From the IMG/VR virus record IMGVR_UViG_3300009514_000006, positions 61,615 to 125,614 of that record: 64,000 nt of DNA, one strand, 5' to 3'. Of this stretch, positions 47,490 through 57,410 are shown piece after piece; position 1 is the first letter of the stretch; each line of letters begins with the position of its first letter. Made by a program: the position numbers and the translations under genes. This DNA comes from a virus. The notes beneath the pieces are model-generated. The model searched no databases. It was not told where the DNA came from and was given only the letters and a program-made list of their open reading frames with translations.

Positions 47490-48007
47490 TGACAGTACCT
47501 TTCATTAAGCGCCACCACTGTCTTATGTGACGTTAACTGTGCTACTACATCTAGTACATACGGATGCATAACACTATGATCATCTAACTCATGTTGTAAG
47601 CCTATAGCGTGACCTAGTTCATGATCAAGCACTAAGAACATCTTATCATCATAAAACTTTCGTATACGAATTATCCCGAGCCATCCATCACTCATCTTAG
47701 TGAACTCAATGTCAGCAATAGTGTACCTGTCTTTTTGCTCACCTTCTAATACCCATATCTGGGCCTCTGAGAAGTCGCTGGTCATGGCCAATACTTCGCA
47801 CCCGGCCATTGTATTCCAATAGTTAATAGCTATATCTAGGTCATCTTGGTATCGACCTAAATCAGCAGCCAGGGCTACCTTTAGAGGTATCTTAGGCCAC
47901 ATAGGCGTCTTACGAAGCCACCCTGTTGAAGGGACTTTAGCGTTGTTGGAGTAGTGGCAACTGAATACTGCCACTATTAACGATATTACTACTAGGTAGA
48001 GCCTCAC
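47486..48007 (-). CDS. Second metzincin lipoprotein peptidase
   Basis: Signal ending VFSC; HELGHAIGLQH plus SVMHP Met-turn. Confidence 0.85.
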   Translation of the reverse strand: MRLYLVVISLIVAVFSCHYSNNAKVPSTGWLRKTPMWPKIPLKVALAADLGRYQDDLDIAINYWNTMAGCEVLAMTSDFSEAQIWVLEGEQKDRYTIADIEFTKMSDGWLGIIRIRKFYDDKMFLVLDHELGHAIGLQHELDDHSVMHPYVLDVVAQLTSHKTVVALNERYCQ

Positions 48008-48047
48008 CCATATAGTCTACCAAAATATGGGCTAGATACCAATAAAA

Positions 48048-48425
48048 TCAGCTTTTCCAGAAGGGTTTGAGCTTGTGGACCATATCTAAGAAGGCCCCGG
48101 AGAACATAGAAACCAGAGTTTCCTCAAAGGAGTCTCCCTCATAGGCATTCTCAGGGGAGATGGCATGGGGAAGAAGATGGTAGTAGGCATGGAGGATTTC
48201 GTGGATCAGAGTGTTCTTCATGGCCTCTTTTGATTGGTCCGTACAGATGTAGATAGTGGTGCTCATAGAGTCACAGAGACCTAATATCATACCCGGACTA
48301 GGCTCAAGACCTGGTCTATCGTCCGGCTCAACGATATTCTTCATGTATAGAATGGTCCAATTTTGGCCAAGAATGTTGATTTCAGTAGGGAAGTCTTTAT
48401 AAGGGGGTTTATTTGATTTAGCCAT
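48048..48425 (-). CDS. Small zincin (HExxH) protein
   Basis: LGLCD...IYI...TLIHEILHA...EE.LV. Confidence 0.7.
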   Translation of the reverse strand: MAKSNKPPYKDFPTEINILGQNWTILYMKNIVEPDDRPGLEPSPGMILGLCDSMSTTIYICTDQSKEAMKNTLIHEILHAYYHLLPHAISPENAYEGDSFEETLVSMFSGAFLDMVHKLKPFWKS

Positions 48426-48886
48426 TATTTTTTACCTACGACGATCGCATATAGCCTGTCCTCAGTCACGCTCTTTCGGGAGTTCTTCCATCTTCTCATA
48501 AGTTGGTTCTTCGTGAATATATGGACTCCATTCTCCTTCTTATTGATAGAGAAGTTGGAAGAGTCGATAACTACCACACGGTCACCTAGGTACCCTACAG
48601 CCACTGCCCAGTGAAGCCACGCATCTAAGCACAGAATGACAGGACTACCGTGAATCAATTGTCCTGAAATCCACTGAAAGGCATTATTCGAGGAATCAGA
48701 GGTATAGGGAGCAGCCGTGAACCCTAGGGCCCTAACAGCGTTCATTATGCCTACCTCGTCTGTGCCTTCTTTGGTGGTCCCGGCTAGGCCCCGTACCTTG
48801 TACTCAGATACTTTGGTACCAAATACCCGGATAGCATTGACCACCGCAGCAGCCCCGCAAGACCAGGATGACCGTTGGTACTTCAT
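48425..48886 (-). CDS. Papain-fold C39-like cysteine peptidase
   Basis: YQRSSWSCGAAA, GT, HWAVAVG, VIDS. Confidence 0.85.
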   Translation of the reverse strand: MKYQRSSWSCGAAAVVNAIRVFGTKVSEYKVRGLAGTTKEGTDEVGIMNAVRALGFTAAPYTSDSSNNAFQWISGQLIHGSPVILCLDAWLHWAVAVGYLGDRVVVIDSSNFSINKKENGVHIFTKNQLMRRWKNSRKSVTEDRLYAIVVGKK

Positions 48887-48890
48887 ATCA

Positions 48891-49973
48891 CTATTTTCCG
48901 GTATACAGCTTGCCGCCGAACTTGAACTTACCGTTTATGATCTCAATTATAGAGGTATGATGCCTAGTTTTGTTACCGTCCTGCCAGTACTCAATGAGGG
49001 CAAAACCATGGTTCCACTGGGGGTTGGCTACATAAGTTTGCTGGTCTGTATCACTAAGATGACCAACACAGCTAGCAGAGTACGTCTCAGGGCCGCTGGG
49101 CCCGTACAGGACGTGGCTCTTTGTCTCTATGCGGTGGAAGTGCCCAAAGATTGTGTGGGACGTAGGACGAACGTCTAGGACCCTCTGAGCGAGATATTTA
49201 GGGGCCTGTCTCCAGTTTCCTAGCTTATCACCATGGGAAAACATAGTTTCCCCGATGTATAGCTTAGTCCTATAGGGATAGATCTTGATAGCTTTTGGAA
49301 TGTCAAGGAAATTATGAAGACTAAATGCTGGGTGGGAAAACAAAGCAGGATTAGCATCAATGAGCCGCTCTAGTCGGTACTCATGATTACCAGCAATCAT
49401 AGCTACATTCTTAGTGATGCTAAGGCACTCATTCCAGAAGGGAATAGCGCTTTGAGCTTCTTCCCAAATACGTCCACCATATGAGGTCATTCGTTTCTGG
49501 CTGTGCCCAAAAGATGACAGCCCATAAAAATCATAGGTGTCACCTAGCTGTAGGATCATGTCTGGTTTGGCGTCTTGAGCAAAGGCCATTAAAGCGGCAA
49601 GTGCCGCTTTGTCTTCAATGGGAAAGTGAATGTCAGGTATCACTAGTACCTTATTAGGTATCTTAGGGATATAAACAGTACCTTCTGGTTCAACGGTCTT
49701 TTCGGGAGTACATTCTTTAGGAATTCTGAGGCCCGGTCCTTCACAGGTGAACTGGCCTGCTGAACCTCTATCGCTGCCCATGACGTCAGCAAGTTGAGGG
49801 ATATCCTGTCCGTCTCTTCGTAGTCTTCGGAGGGCGGAACTCACAGCATTGTAAGTAACCCGTCTACCCATGAGGTCGCTGCATCGTTCCGCGATCTCTC
49901 CGGTGCTGTGACTGTTCTTAGCGATTTCAATAATATCGTCAAGAACGTCCGCCCAAGTAATGTTATCGGCCAT
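48891..49973 (-). CDS. N-terminal HTH plus calcineurin-like metallophosphoesterase
   Basis: PDIH, GDTYD, GNHE, HGD, GHFHR motifs; STGEIAE...TYNAV HTH. Confidence 0.85.
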   Translation of the reverse strand: MADNITWADVLDDIIEIAKNSHSTGEIAERCSDLMGRRVTYNAVSSALRRLRRDGQDIPQLADVMGSDRGSAGQFTCEGPGLRIPKECTPEKTVEPEGTVYIPKIPNKVLVIPDIHFPIEDKAALAALMAFAQDAKPDMILQLGDTYDFYGLSSFGHSQKRMTSYGGRIWEEAQSAIPFWNECLSITKNVAMIAGNHEYRLERLIDANPALFSHPAFSLHNFLDIPKAIKIYPYRTKLYIGETMFSHGDKLGNWRQAPKYLAQRVLDVRPTSHTIFGHFHRIETKSHVLYGPSGPETYSASCVGHLSDTDQQTYVANPQWNHGFALIEYWQDGNKTRHHTSIIEIINGKFKFGGKLYTGK

Positions 49974-49997
49974 AGTATCTCCTGGTAATTACTAGCT

Positions 49998-50099
49998 GAC
50001 GACGGCAGCTACGCCCACTCTAGCACTAATCAGGCTAGAAATCCAGGATTAGAGTGATTTGACGCCTGACAGAAGTGTTGTCAGGAAAAAAGAGTCGTC
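49998..50099 (-). ncRNA. Candidate multi-stem RNA element / 5' leader
   Basis: gacgac/gtcgtc closing pair enclosing cctgaca/tgtcagg and cactcta/tagagtg stems. Confidence 0.35.
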
Positions 50100-50102
50100 G
50101 AG

Positions 50103-50726
50103 TTAGCTGTCTTGACGACGGGCGAGCTTTGTGAGGGCGGAGTATGCTTGAAGATAGTTCATTGTTTCGTCTAGGTCGGCTAGACGATCACTAATAGGTC
50201 CTAGCATGTCCCGAAGTTTGTTCTCCGCCTCGGCCAGGGATCTAACCCCCAAAACAGCAGTCGAGGTGCTTTGGAGAACTTTTTCTACAGACTTAATCAG
50301 TACTAGCGCGGAAGTAAGCTCCATCAGTATTTCATCTATTGTTTTTTTGTCATCGATATCCATTCAGACCCCTTTCAAGTGCACCTTAGCATCATACCGC
50401 AGCGTGTGGGGAACAATTTTATTAACAGTAGACCACTCGCTCGGAGGAATGTCCCCCTCGTCAGTGATATCTATTATTCCTATCAAATAAGTTACTAAAC
50501 TAGTAGTTACTGATTTTGCATTCTCTTCTGTCTGGAAGAGAAAGACGGGGTACCCCGCTGGGACGATAATCTCAGGGGGGCCCGACATTGGTTGCCAAAA
50601 GGGGTCGAAAATGGAGTAACAGAATATTCTTGTCGTCTGGTCTGCTTCCTCACAGTACGAACATCTTGCAATATTGAACAAGACATAGGTTTGTCGGCTA
50701 CAGGTTGGACAACGCAGAAGACTCAT
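50103..50726 (-). CDS. Two hypothetical proteins (50103..50363 helical; 50364..50726 Zn ribbon)
   Basis: CPTC...CSYC in the second. Confidence 0.5.
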
Positions 50727-50729
50727 GTA

Positions 50730-51308
50730 TCACCAGCTTTCTTTAGCCCATTTCTCCTGCAGATCGGCTACATGAGCCATAGTAGCCTCATAGTCCGGGT
50801 GCTCGTGATGCTCAAAGGCAGGACCAAACATGATGTGTCCAGCCTCGTGAATCCAAGCAGAGTCTTTAATCAGGTTCCCACTAGGAGGTAATCCCACGAT
50901 CATCTGCTTGCTGTCCTGCCAGGCCAATCCCGATAGGGGGGCTTTTCCGTTCCGATATGCTTGGTGATAAAAAGGGAAGGTATCAAACTTGCAGGACACG
51001 CCGTTCAGGCCACCGTTTGTCCAGGGGTACCGAACGTAAAATTCTTCGGTTACGGCCTCTACTTCCGCTTTTGTTACCTTGTGTCCATTCTTGTAGACGC
51101 TAATTCCGTGTTTAGTAACAAATTTCTGCCGTGCAATTTTGATGTAAAGCCACCAAAACCGAGCGGTAACGGCAGCCCATACGCCCCACACAGTCCATAG
51201 TCCGATAGCCTGCTTCAATGCGGGCTTGCCCTTAAAGACGGCCAATAGGACCAATATTAGGGCTACACACAATATCCCAGAGTTGATAAGTAAGGTTGTT
51301 TTGTTCAT
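50730..51308 (-). CDS. Membrane-anchored HExxH protein
   Basis: Two N-terminal TM segments; WIHEAGH. Confidence 0.6.
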   Translation of the reverse strand: MNKTTLLINSGILCVALILVLLAVFKGKPALKQAIGLWTVWGVWAAVTARFWWLYIKIARQKFVTKHGISVYKNGHKVTKAEVEAVTEEFYVRYPWTNGGLNGVSCKFDTFPFYHQAYRNGKAPLSGLAWQDSKQMIVGLPPSGNLIKDSAWIHEAGHIMFGPAFEHHEHPDYEATMAHVADLQEKWAKESW

Positions 51309-51414
51309 GCGTTATTCCTATGTGTTATTTTGTTTGCGCTAGCCTGATTAGTAAGGTATCTTAAATACACATAAAGAATTTCAAGCATAAATTTACATAC
51401 AACGAGGACTTAAA

Positions 51415-51954
51415 TTGATTTATCTGCTACTAGCAATTATAGGCAGTTATATCTTCTCACAGGCAGCAGGATATGCAGTCCATAAAATGCTACATAACCC
51501 TTTAGCAGGTAGGTTGTTTAATTCCCATGAAACCCATCACGACGTATTATATCCTCCTGATAATTTCTTGTCTATTAAATACAGATCAGTCTCTTGGCGT
51601 GACAATCCTGTCTTCTACTATGGGCCCACAGCTATAGTATATGTGTTTGCCTCTTTCTTGATCTGGCCCTGGTATATCGCTGTAACCGCTACAATAACCT
51701 TAATATGTGTTGCTTGGGCAAATGACTGGTTGCACGAGAAACTACATATCGAAAACCACTGGCTAGAGAAGTATGACTGGTTTCTGCGGCTACGACACCT
51801 GCATTACCTGCATCACGTAGACAAAGAGACAAATCTAGGTATATTTTCTTTTTTCCCGGACAAGGCCACTGGAACGTATACGAAGGCTGAGGCTATGCCT
51901 CTCCAATTGGAGACCAGTCGCACTCGGGAGCGTCGAGCCAAGTATTCTCAATGA
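51415..51954 (+). CDS. Fatty acid hydroxylase/sterol desaturase superfamily membrane enzyme
   Basis: Four His boxes HKMLH, HETHH, HEKLH, HYLHH, then NLGIF; TM segments. Confidence 0.88.
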   Translation: MIYLLLAIIGSYIFSQAAGYAVHKMLHNPLAGRLFNSHETHHDVLYPPDNFLSIKYRSVSWRDNPVFYYGPTAIVYVFASFLIWPWYIAVTATITLICVAWANDWLHEKLHIENHWLEKYDWFLRLRHLHYLHHVDKETNLGIFSFFPDKATGTYTKAEAMPLQLETSRTRERRAKYSQ

Positions 51955-53543
51955 ACCTCTGCACGTCTTCCTCTGTGCAGACAGACTTAGCAAAGACGAT
52001 ACCCCAGGTGAGCAGTGTCTCTGCTACCCGAGATATCTGCTCCCCGTCCATGACTAGGGTGCTATCTTTTAGGGATTGTAGGATTGAGATCAGGGAGTCA
52101 ATGGAATCGATCTCATCTTCGTCTTTATCGTCAATGACTTCAATCATTTAACGATGATCCCCTAATTAGGGGCTTGTGTCAACTAATTTGAGGGGTCGCT
52201 TTTAGCGCCCATAATACCAAGCTTGACACTGCCAGCGTCTTCCTCTGGTCGCTGATCATTGATTCTTTGGAACTCTTTTACCGAGGCTATGAACAGGTCA
52301 AAGTCCAGCTCTGTGTGCCGCACCAAGAATTCCAGGACCACAGCAGTAGCAGTGTGGATGACCGCTAGCTTCTCGTTTTTGAAGCAGGTACCGATTTTAT
52401 CGGCTAGGTCAAAGGCTTCTCGTAGGATTTCCATGTCTTTGTCGCTTAGTGTGTCACTCATGTCTAATTGATCTCCTCATTCTTTTTAGATCCAGGGGGC
52501 CATTCTTCGCCAGTTAGTTGTTTGTAAATCCTCATTGATTCATCAAGGAATTCATCTGGGGTCCAGTCATGGTCGTACAGCCATTGATCGAATAGCTTCT
52601 TTTGAAGGGCAAACTGCCCCTTATTCTCTGCTGCTATCTGAAATAGCTTGGTTTGGCATTCTCTAAATGATGCTCGGATCATGCCCTCATCCTTATGATG
52701 AAGGTGAGAGGCCAGAGTACCCCATGCAGCACTGCTGTAACCATATATACGAGAGCAAGCTGGAACAACAGGATGACTCTAGTAACTCGATCATCGATTT
52801 CTTCAGTAAGAAAGGCTTCTTCTGATGAAGCGATGTCTATGAGGTGTAGGCACGTCATAACAGTGCCTATCCCCAGGTACACAATGAGATAGATGTTAAG
52901 CATTTTTCCTCTTGGTAGACCGTCTGTTCATTTCCTTCTTTATCATTCTGAAATCATTATTGAATTTCCAACCTTCATTGTAGTAAGTTCGCCAAACATA
53001 ACCTCCTCTTTTTACGAGGGGATTATTGCATTGCTCCACAGCGTGTTCCTTTCCCTCATAAGAAACTTCTGCTAGCTTAGCTAGGTAGGCGTCCGAACAG
53101 AGTCGTAGAAATATCATTCGGAACCAATCTTTAACTCTATGATACATTATTTAGTGTTCTTAAGGTTCTTTAGGCAGGATAGGAATATTTGGTTCGTTAC
53201 ATCCACGGCCTGGTCGATTAGACTTTCTGTGTTAGTAACAAACTGTTGTTTGCTGCTTTCTGAATAGTTATCTAGCTGATTATCTTTAAGTTCCCACAGT
53301 ATGTTCTCTATGTTCCTGTGGGCTTTCTTAGCCTTCTCTTTTAGGTCGTATATGTCACTCATTGGGTTTAATGCCTCTTTCGTGCTTCATCAACCATTGA
53401 AGTGCTTCTAGATGTGCTCTACTAGTTTCTATCTGGTCCAACAGGGCGGCTTCTATTTCTTCTATTCGCTTTTGTTGCTTCTTAATTTTCTCTTCTAGCT
53501 CAAACATTCTGGCCGATAGAATGTTTGCGGTTAAGTTGTCCAT
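51893..53543 (-). CDS. Run of seven small hypothetical genes (51893, 52183, 52464, 52679, 52896, 53147, 53355)
   Basis: Adjacent or overlapping ORFs of 62-92 aa; 52679..52903 has two TM segments. Confidence 0.5.
52159..52182 (-). promoter_or_regulatory. TTGACA box with perfect 14-bp palindrome CCCCTAATTAGGGG in the spacer
   Basis: Palindrome 52159-52172; TTGACA (minus) 52177-52182. Confidence 0.55.
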
Positions 53544-53547
53544 ATGG

Positions 53548-53985
53548 TTAACCTTTTATTTGTGCCAACTCCACGCCAGCGGCGGCAAAGAACGCCTCGA
53601 CCTTTTCGGTGCTCCTGCTAGCATAGTATTCTTCATAGAAGACTGATTTGACACCAGAATTTACGATACGCTTAGCACAATCATAGCACGGAATTACCGT
53701 CACGAACAGGAGACAATTTTCAGCCCGGACACCTGCATAGTCGAGAGCGTTGGACTCTGCATGTAGAGTACGAACACAGGAGTCTCGCCCGTCCATGTTC
53801 ACCAGCTCGTGCCCAGCTTCATCACAATGAGGCAATCCTCTAGGGGAGCCATTATATCCCGTAGCCACTACTCGCCTGTTTTTGTCAACGAGCACAGCCC
53901 CTACCTTTTTTCGGTCACAAGTAGCCCGGGTGGCTACTAGCCTAGCCATGTACATGAAGTATTCGCCCCAGTCTAATCTAATCAT
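53548..53985 (-). CDS. dCMP deaminase
   Basis: ATC.RKKVGAV...TGYNG...LHAE.NA...PCYDC. Confidence 0.92.
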   Translation of the reverse strand: MIRLDWGEYFMYMARLVATRATCDRKKVGAVLVDKNRRVVATGYNGSPRGLPHCDEAGHELVNMDGRDSCVRTLHAESNALDYAGVRAENCLLFVTVIPCYDCAKRIVNSGVKSVFYEEYYASRSTEKVEAFFAAAGVELAQIKG

Positions 53986-54206
53986 TTCTTAGTGCCTCCT
54001 TTATCGGGCTCACTATAACGACCAAGATCAAGCACAGCCCAGTTAAGCCCGGTTTCGGCCTTCTTGAGATCGTCTATGAGAACATGCTCATACCCACTCA
54101 GGGAGAAGGGATCTCTTTGCTCTAGCTCATCAAGCTTACACAAGAAAGCGGTTAATGTAGCTTGTACGCCTTTTGCTTTCTTCCTTATTCGTTCTATTCG
54201 GCTCAT
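53982..54206 (-). CDS. Hypothetical protein
   Basis: 74 aa, coupled to the deaminase. Confidence 0.5.
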   Translation of the reverse strand: MSRIERIRKKAKGVQATLTAFLCKLDELEQRDPFSLSGYEHVLIDDLKKAETGLNWAVLDLGRYSEPDKGGTKK

Positions 54207-54317
54207 GAAACCACCATATCAACCTTTCTATTGCTTTGGCAAGAGTATTGTGAACATTGTGCGCCTATTGACACGCCTGAAATTGGATCTAAATTGTAAG
54301 CTAAAGGAGGTAAATTT

Positions 54318-54656
54318 ATGTATATCACAACTACGGATTCGTTTAACCTTATTGATGCTCTTTGGGAGCCCTATTATAAGAAGTCTAACCCACCGAGCAA
54401 TGTACAAGAGACAGATGACTCTTTTATCTTTTCTATGGATATCCCAGGTGTAAAGAAAGAGCTAGTTGATGTCACATGCAGTTCGGGAGCCCTAGTAGTG
54501 TCAGGCACCAGAAACAATAAAGCATTCTCTAGGTCGGTAAGGTTACCTAAAAACGTAGACTTAATCGCAGCGGCAGCATCCATGGAAGATGGAGTTTTAA
54601 CCGTTACCTTACCCAAAAAGCAAGAGTCTTTACCGAGAAAGATCTTAATAAAATAG
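54318..54656 (+). CDS. Small heat-shock protein (Hsp20/alpha-crystallin)
   Basis: NVQETDD...MDIPGVKKE...FSRSVRLP...A.MEDGVLTVTLPK; upstream TTGACA-N16-TAAATT and SD AAGGAGG. Confidence 0.92.
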   Translation: MYITTTDSFNLIDALWEPYYKKSNPPSNVQETDDSFIFSMDIPGVKKELVDVTCSSGALVVSGTRNNKAFSRSVRLPKNVDLIAAAASMEDGVLTVTLPKKQESLPRKILIK

Positions 54657-54701
54657 GCCCTAAGTCTTGAAACCTATCGGGCATTTATGCTACGTTAAAG
54701 A

Positions 54702-54950
54702 ATGCCCGATAGGTTTCAAAATCAAAAATGGTATGTGAAGCTATATCGACTTCGTTGGCGTCTGCTTATACCCTACTGGTTCCTAGTAGTCTGGTGGGAT
54801 AACCTAATAGGAAAGAACCGTCTTAAAACCAAGCTCTTATGGAGAGTGGCTAAGTCAGTGGCAGACAGCAAGATGAAGTATTGGTATACGCAGGAAGAGG
54901 TATTTGGGAAGATAAAGAAGGAGATAGAGAAGCGCTATAAAGGCAGTTAG
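54702..54950 (+). CDS. Small basic hypothetical protein
   Basis: 82 aa downstream of Hsp20. Confidence 0.45.
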   Translation: MPDRFQNQKWYVKLYRLRWRLLIPYWFLVVWWDNLIGKNRLKTKLLWRVAKSVADSKMKYWYTQEEVFGKIKKEIEKRYKGS

Positions 54951-56443
54951 CGAAGTGGTCGCATGCCTTTAGCTTTCTCCTTCAATTCTTCTGTAAGAGC
55001 GCTTACCTTATGGTTAACAATTTTTAGCCTCTTAATATCTTCCAGAAGGTCTTCCTTTTCCATGGTCAATACACGATTGACTGCGGACGCCCACCGTAGG
55101 TCTTCTGTTAGCTCTCTATTCTCTTTGCGCAACCTATCTAGCTCCTCGTGGAGGCGTTGGTTGCTCGCAAGAAGAGGATCTTCTTCAGCGTACTTTTCAC
55201 AGCTCATGGATAGTTCCTTTCATGAATTTGCAGTGGCCAATGTGTTAGAACGTAATCAATACCATAGACATCTAAATCTTTAGCGTGGTCCTCAAAAGTA
55301 ACATACCGGTCCCAGGTCTCATAAGGCCCCATTTCGTCTTCTGTCCAGACCTCTAGGATGATGTCAAGACTTTTAGACATGAAGGTGGCTTGGCCCAGAT
55401 TATGGTATACTCTAGCGGGAGCCGATCCTCCGGCCATCAAGTTTTTTCTTACCTTGTGATCCACTACTGCCCAGTATTTTCGTACTTCGGACGGGGCCCC
55501 AGCCGCATCACACGAGGGGCAGTACTCGGACACAAATAGCGCTTTCATACTAGTACCACAGGTGGGGCATTTACTCATAGCCGCCTAGCTCCTTCCACCA
55601 ACGGATGAATTCCTCTACGCCAGTAACAGTAAGGGCTATTCCTTCACTCTCTTTCCATCGTTTGTTTGTTTCAAAGTAGTCGTATACCCTCACCAAAGCT
55701 ACATAATCGTCTTGGTAGTAGGGAACAACTGTTGTTTTCCACAGAGTGTCAAAACAAGTTTCGCCCAAATCGATCAACTCTTCGCCTTCTTCTAGCTCTC
55801 CATTAGGTAACATAAGTACTCCATTCTATTCAAAATCACTAAGGTACAGCTGGTCTCCAATATCCAATAGATAGGATACTAGGTCAACTTCATCTTCTGA
55901 CAAAACCGCCCATTTCCTCCTGCCCTCTGGGTCCCTATTTCTAAGAAGAAGCATCAGCGCACAGTGAGCCAGCATGCTCTCCGCCCCTCTACGTTGCCAA
56001 ATCAGAGCCTCTTCTGGGTCTTCCGGGGCATCATATGTGTTTATCTGCTCAGCCGCAGTTTTGGCGTCGTACAAGAACCAGTGGCCAACTCTACGGACAT
56101 GGAGGTGCCCTCTAGAGTGAGCAATGGCTATGTAGAACAAAGTAGCACGCATTACAGGATCATAAAACGATATATCAGGCGGAGCCTCTTCTGGGTTACG
56201 CTTAAATTTAGCCCAGCTAGACTGTAGCTTCTTCTCCCAGTTCTTCTTATTGGAGCATTCTGGTTCTACTTTCTTTATGAGGTCCTTAATAGTTCGGATT
56301 GCTTCTTTATATTTTGGATCGTTCATAATTCTGTACGGGCCAGACATAGGGCATATCTTCTGTTTCGGTCCAACCGAACTGAGTATAGTACTCGTAGTCT
56401 TTACGAAGCAAGTTAGATCTATGGCTAGCATGAAATTCTTCAT
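54947..56443 (-). CDS. Four hypothetical genes (54947 coiled coil; 55204 Zn ribbon; 55571; 55826, true start probably MNDPKYK near 56326)
   Basis: Coupled ORFs; CPTC...CPSC in 55204..55578. Confidence 0.5.
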
Positions 56444-56723
56444 TACCTACCCACAAGGGAAGCTCGGCTACATGAATAATTCCCTTAACCATATTGTTCT
56501 TGTAGCCTCTATTTACCCACTCATCTATTGCAGCATTCATATAAAGAACCAAAGCATCTTCATAGCCTATCCACATCTTAGTAGCGGGGTGGTTAATCCA
56601 GCTTCCACCGTTGTATATTGCTTTAAGTATTTGATATGCTTCGACTCTTTGCTTTCCCAGACGACGATAGTCTAGTACTTTCATAGAAGCAGCGAAGTCA
56701 GGGTAGGGGAGAAAAGTCTGCAT
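56307..56723 (-). CDS. Pyrimidine-dimer DNA glycosylase (DenV-like) family protein
   Basis: MQTFLPYPDF...LDYRRLGKQRVEA.QIL...NHPA..MW.GY...SHRSNL.RKD...PYVWP; start at TAATG overlap (56723). Confidence 0.8.
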   Translation of the reverse strand: MQTFLPYPDFAASMKVLDYRRLGKQRVEAYQILKAIYNGGSWINHPATKMWIGYEDALVLYMNAAIDEWVNRGYKNNMVKGIIHVAELPLWVGNEEFHASHRSNLLRKDYEYYTQFGWTETEDMPYVWPVQNYERSKI

Positions 56724-57205
56724 TATGCTTTGTCCTGTAGGTACCTGAGGAGGTAGTGTGCCTCCCGGACAGGACAAGCACACATGTCAGTATCAGGGAA
56801 GTTCTCTTTAAGGAACTCCTCTACTTTTTTCAGCTTGTCATCCATTGCCGTAAGTTTACGCCTTAAGACATCTATAGTGTGCTTAGCGTGTACCCCGTCA
56901 TAAAGACAAGAAGTACACATACTTACGCCACAAGAGCAGATCTCAAGAGGAGCGGGTCTGTACACCCCGCACTTTAGGCAGTATTCGGTCATACTGCCTC
57001 ATCTTGTGCTTCTTCTTCCTCTACAGCAGTGTCTATGTAGTACATACAGCCTTGGGCGCATCCAAACTCTTGGAGACCCAAAACTTCAACGGTTTTTTCA
57101 GCATCCTTACCAGATGCGATACGGTTCCAAGAATGGTCTCCTTGATCCATCCGTTCAAGCCAACGACACGATTCAACCATTCTATACAATACATTCTTTT
57201 GCACG
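56723..57205 (-). CDS. Two small hypothetical genes (56723..56992 Zn finger plus coil; 56989..~57203 with GTG start)
   Basis: SD GCAGGAG ahead of GTG-CAA-AAG-AAT. Confidence 0.45.
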
Positions 57206-57239
57206 ATTCTAAACTCCTGCTTTACTTTTGTGTAAGTTA

Positions 57240-57410
57240 TCAGTCTGCTGATTTCGATATTCCATAGGCTGCAGCCGCCAAGTTGACTAGGGCTGCTAAC
57301 ACCCAGATTAGCCCTACTGTTACTTCCCCATTGATAACAAGGACAGTAGCAACACAAGTAGAAAGAACAGCCAATAGAGCGAAAGCAATTATAACTAAGG
57401 AATCACTCAT
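57240..57410 (-). CDS. 56-aa two-TM membrane protein (below ORF-track cutoff)
   Basis: Manual translation MSDSLVIIAFALLAVLSTCVATVLVINGEVTVGLIWVLAALVNLAAAAYGISKSAD, coupled to the MazG-like stop. Confidence 0.6.
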   Translation of the reverse strand: MSDSLVIIAFALLAVLSTCVATVLVINGEVTVGLIWVLAALVNLAAAAYGISKSAD

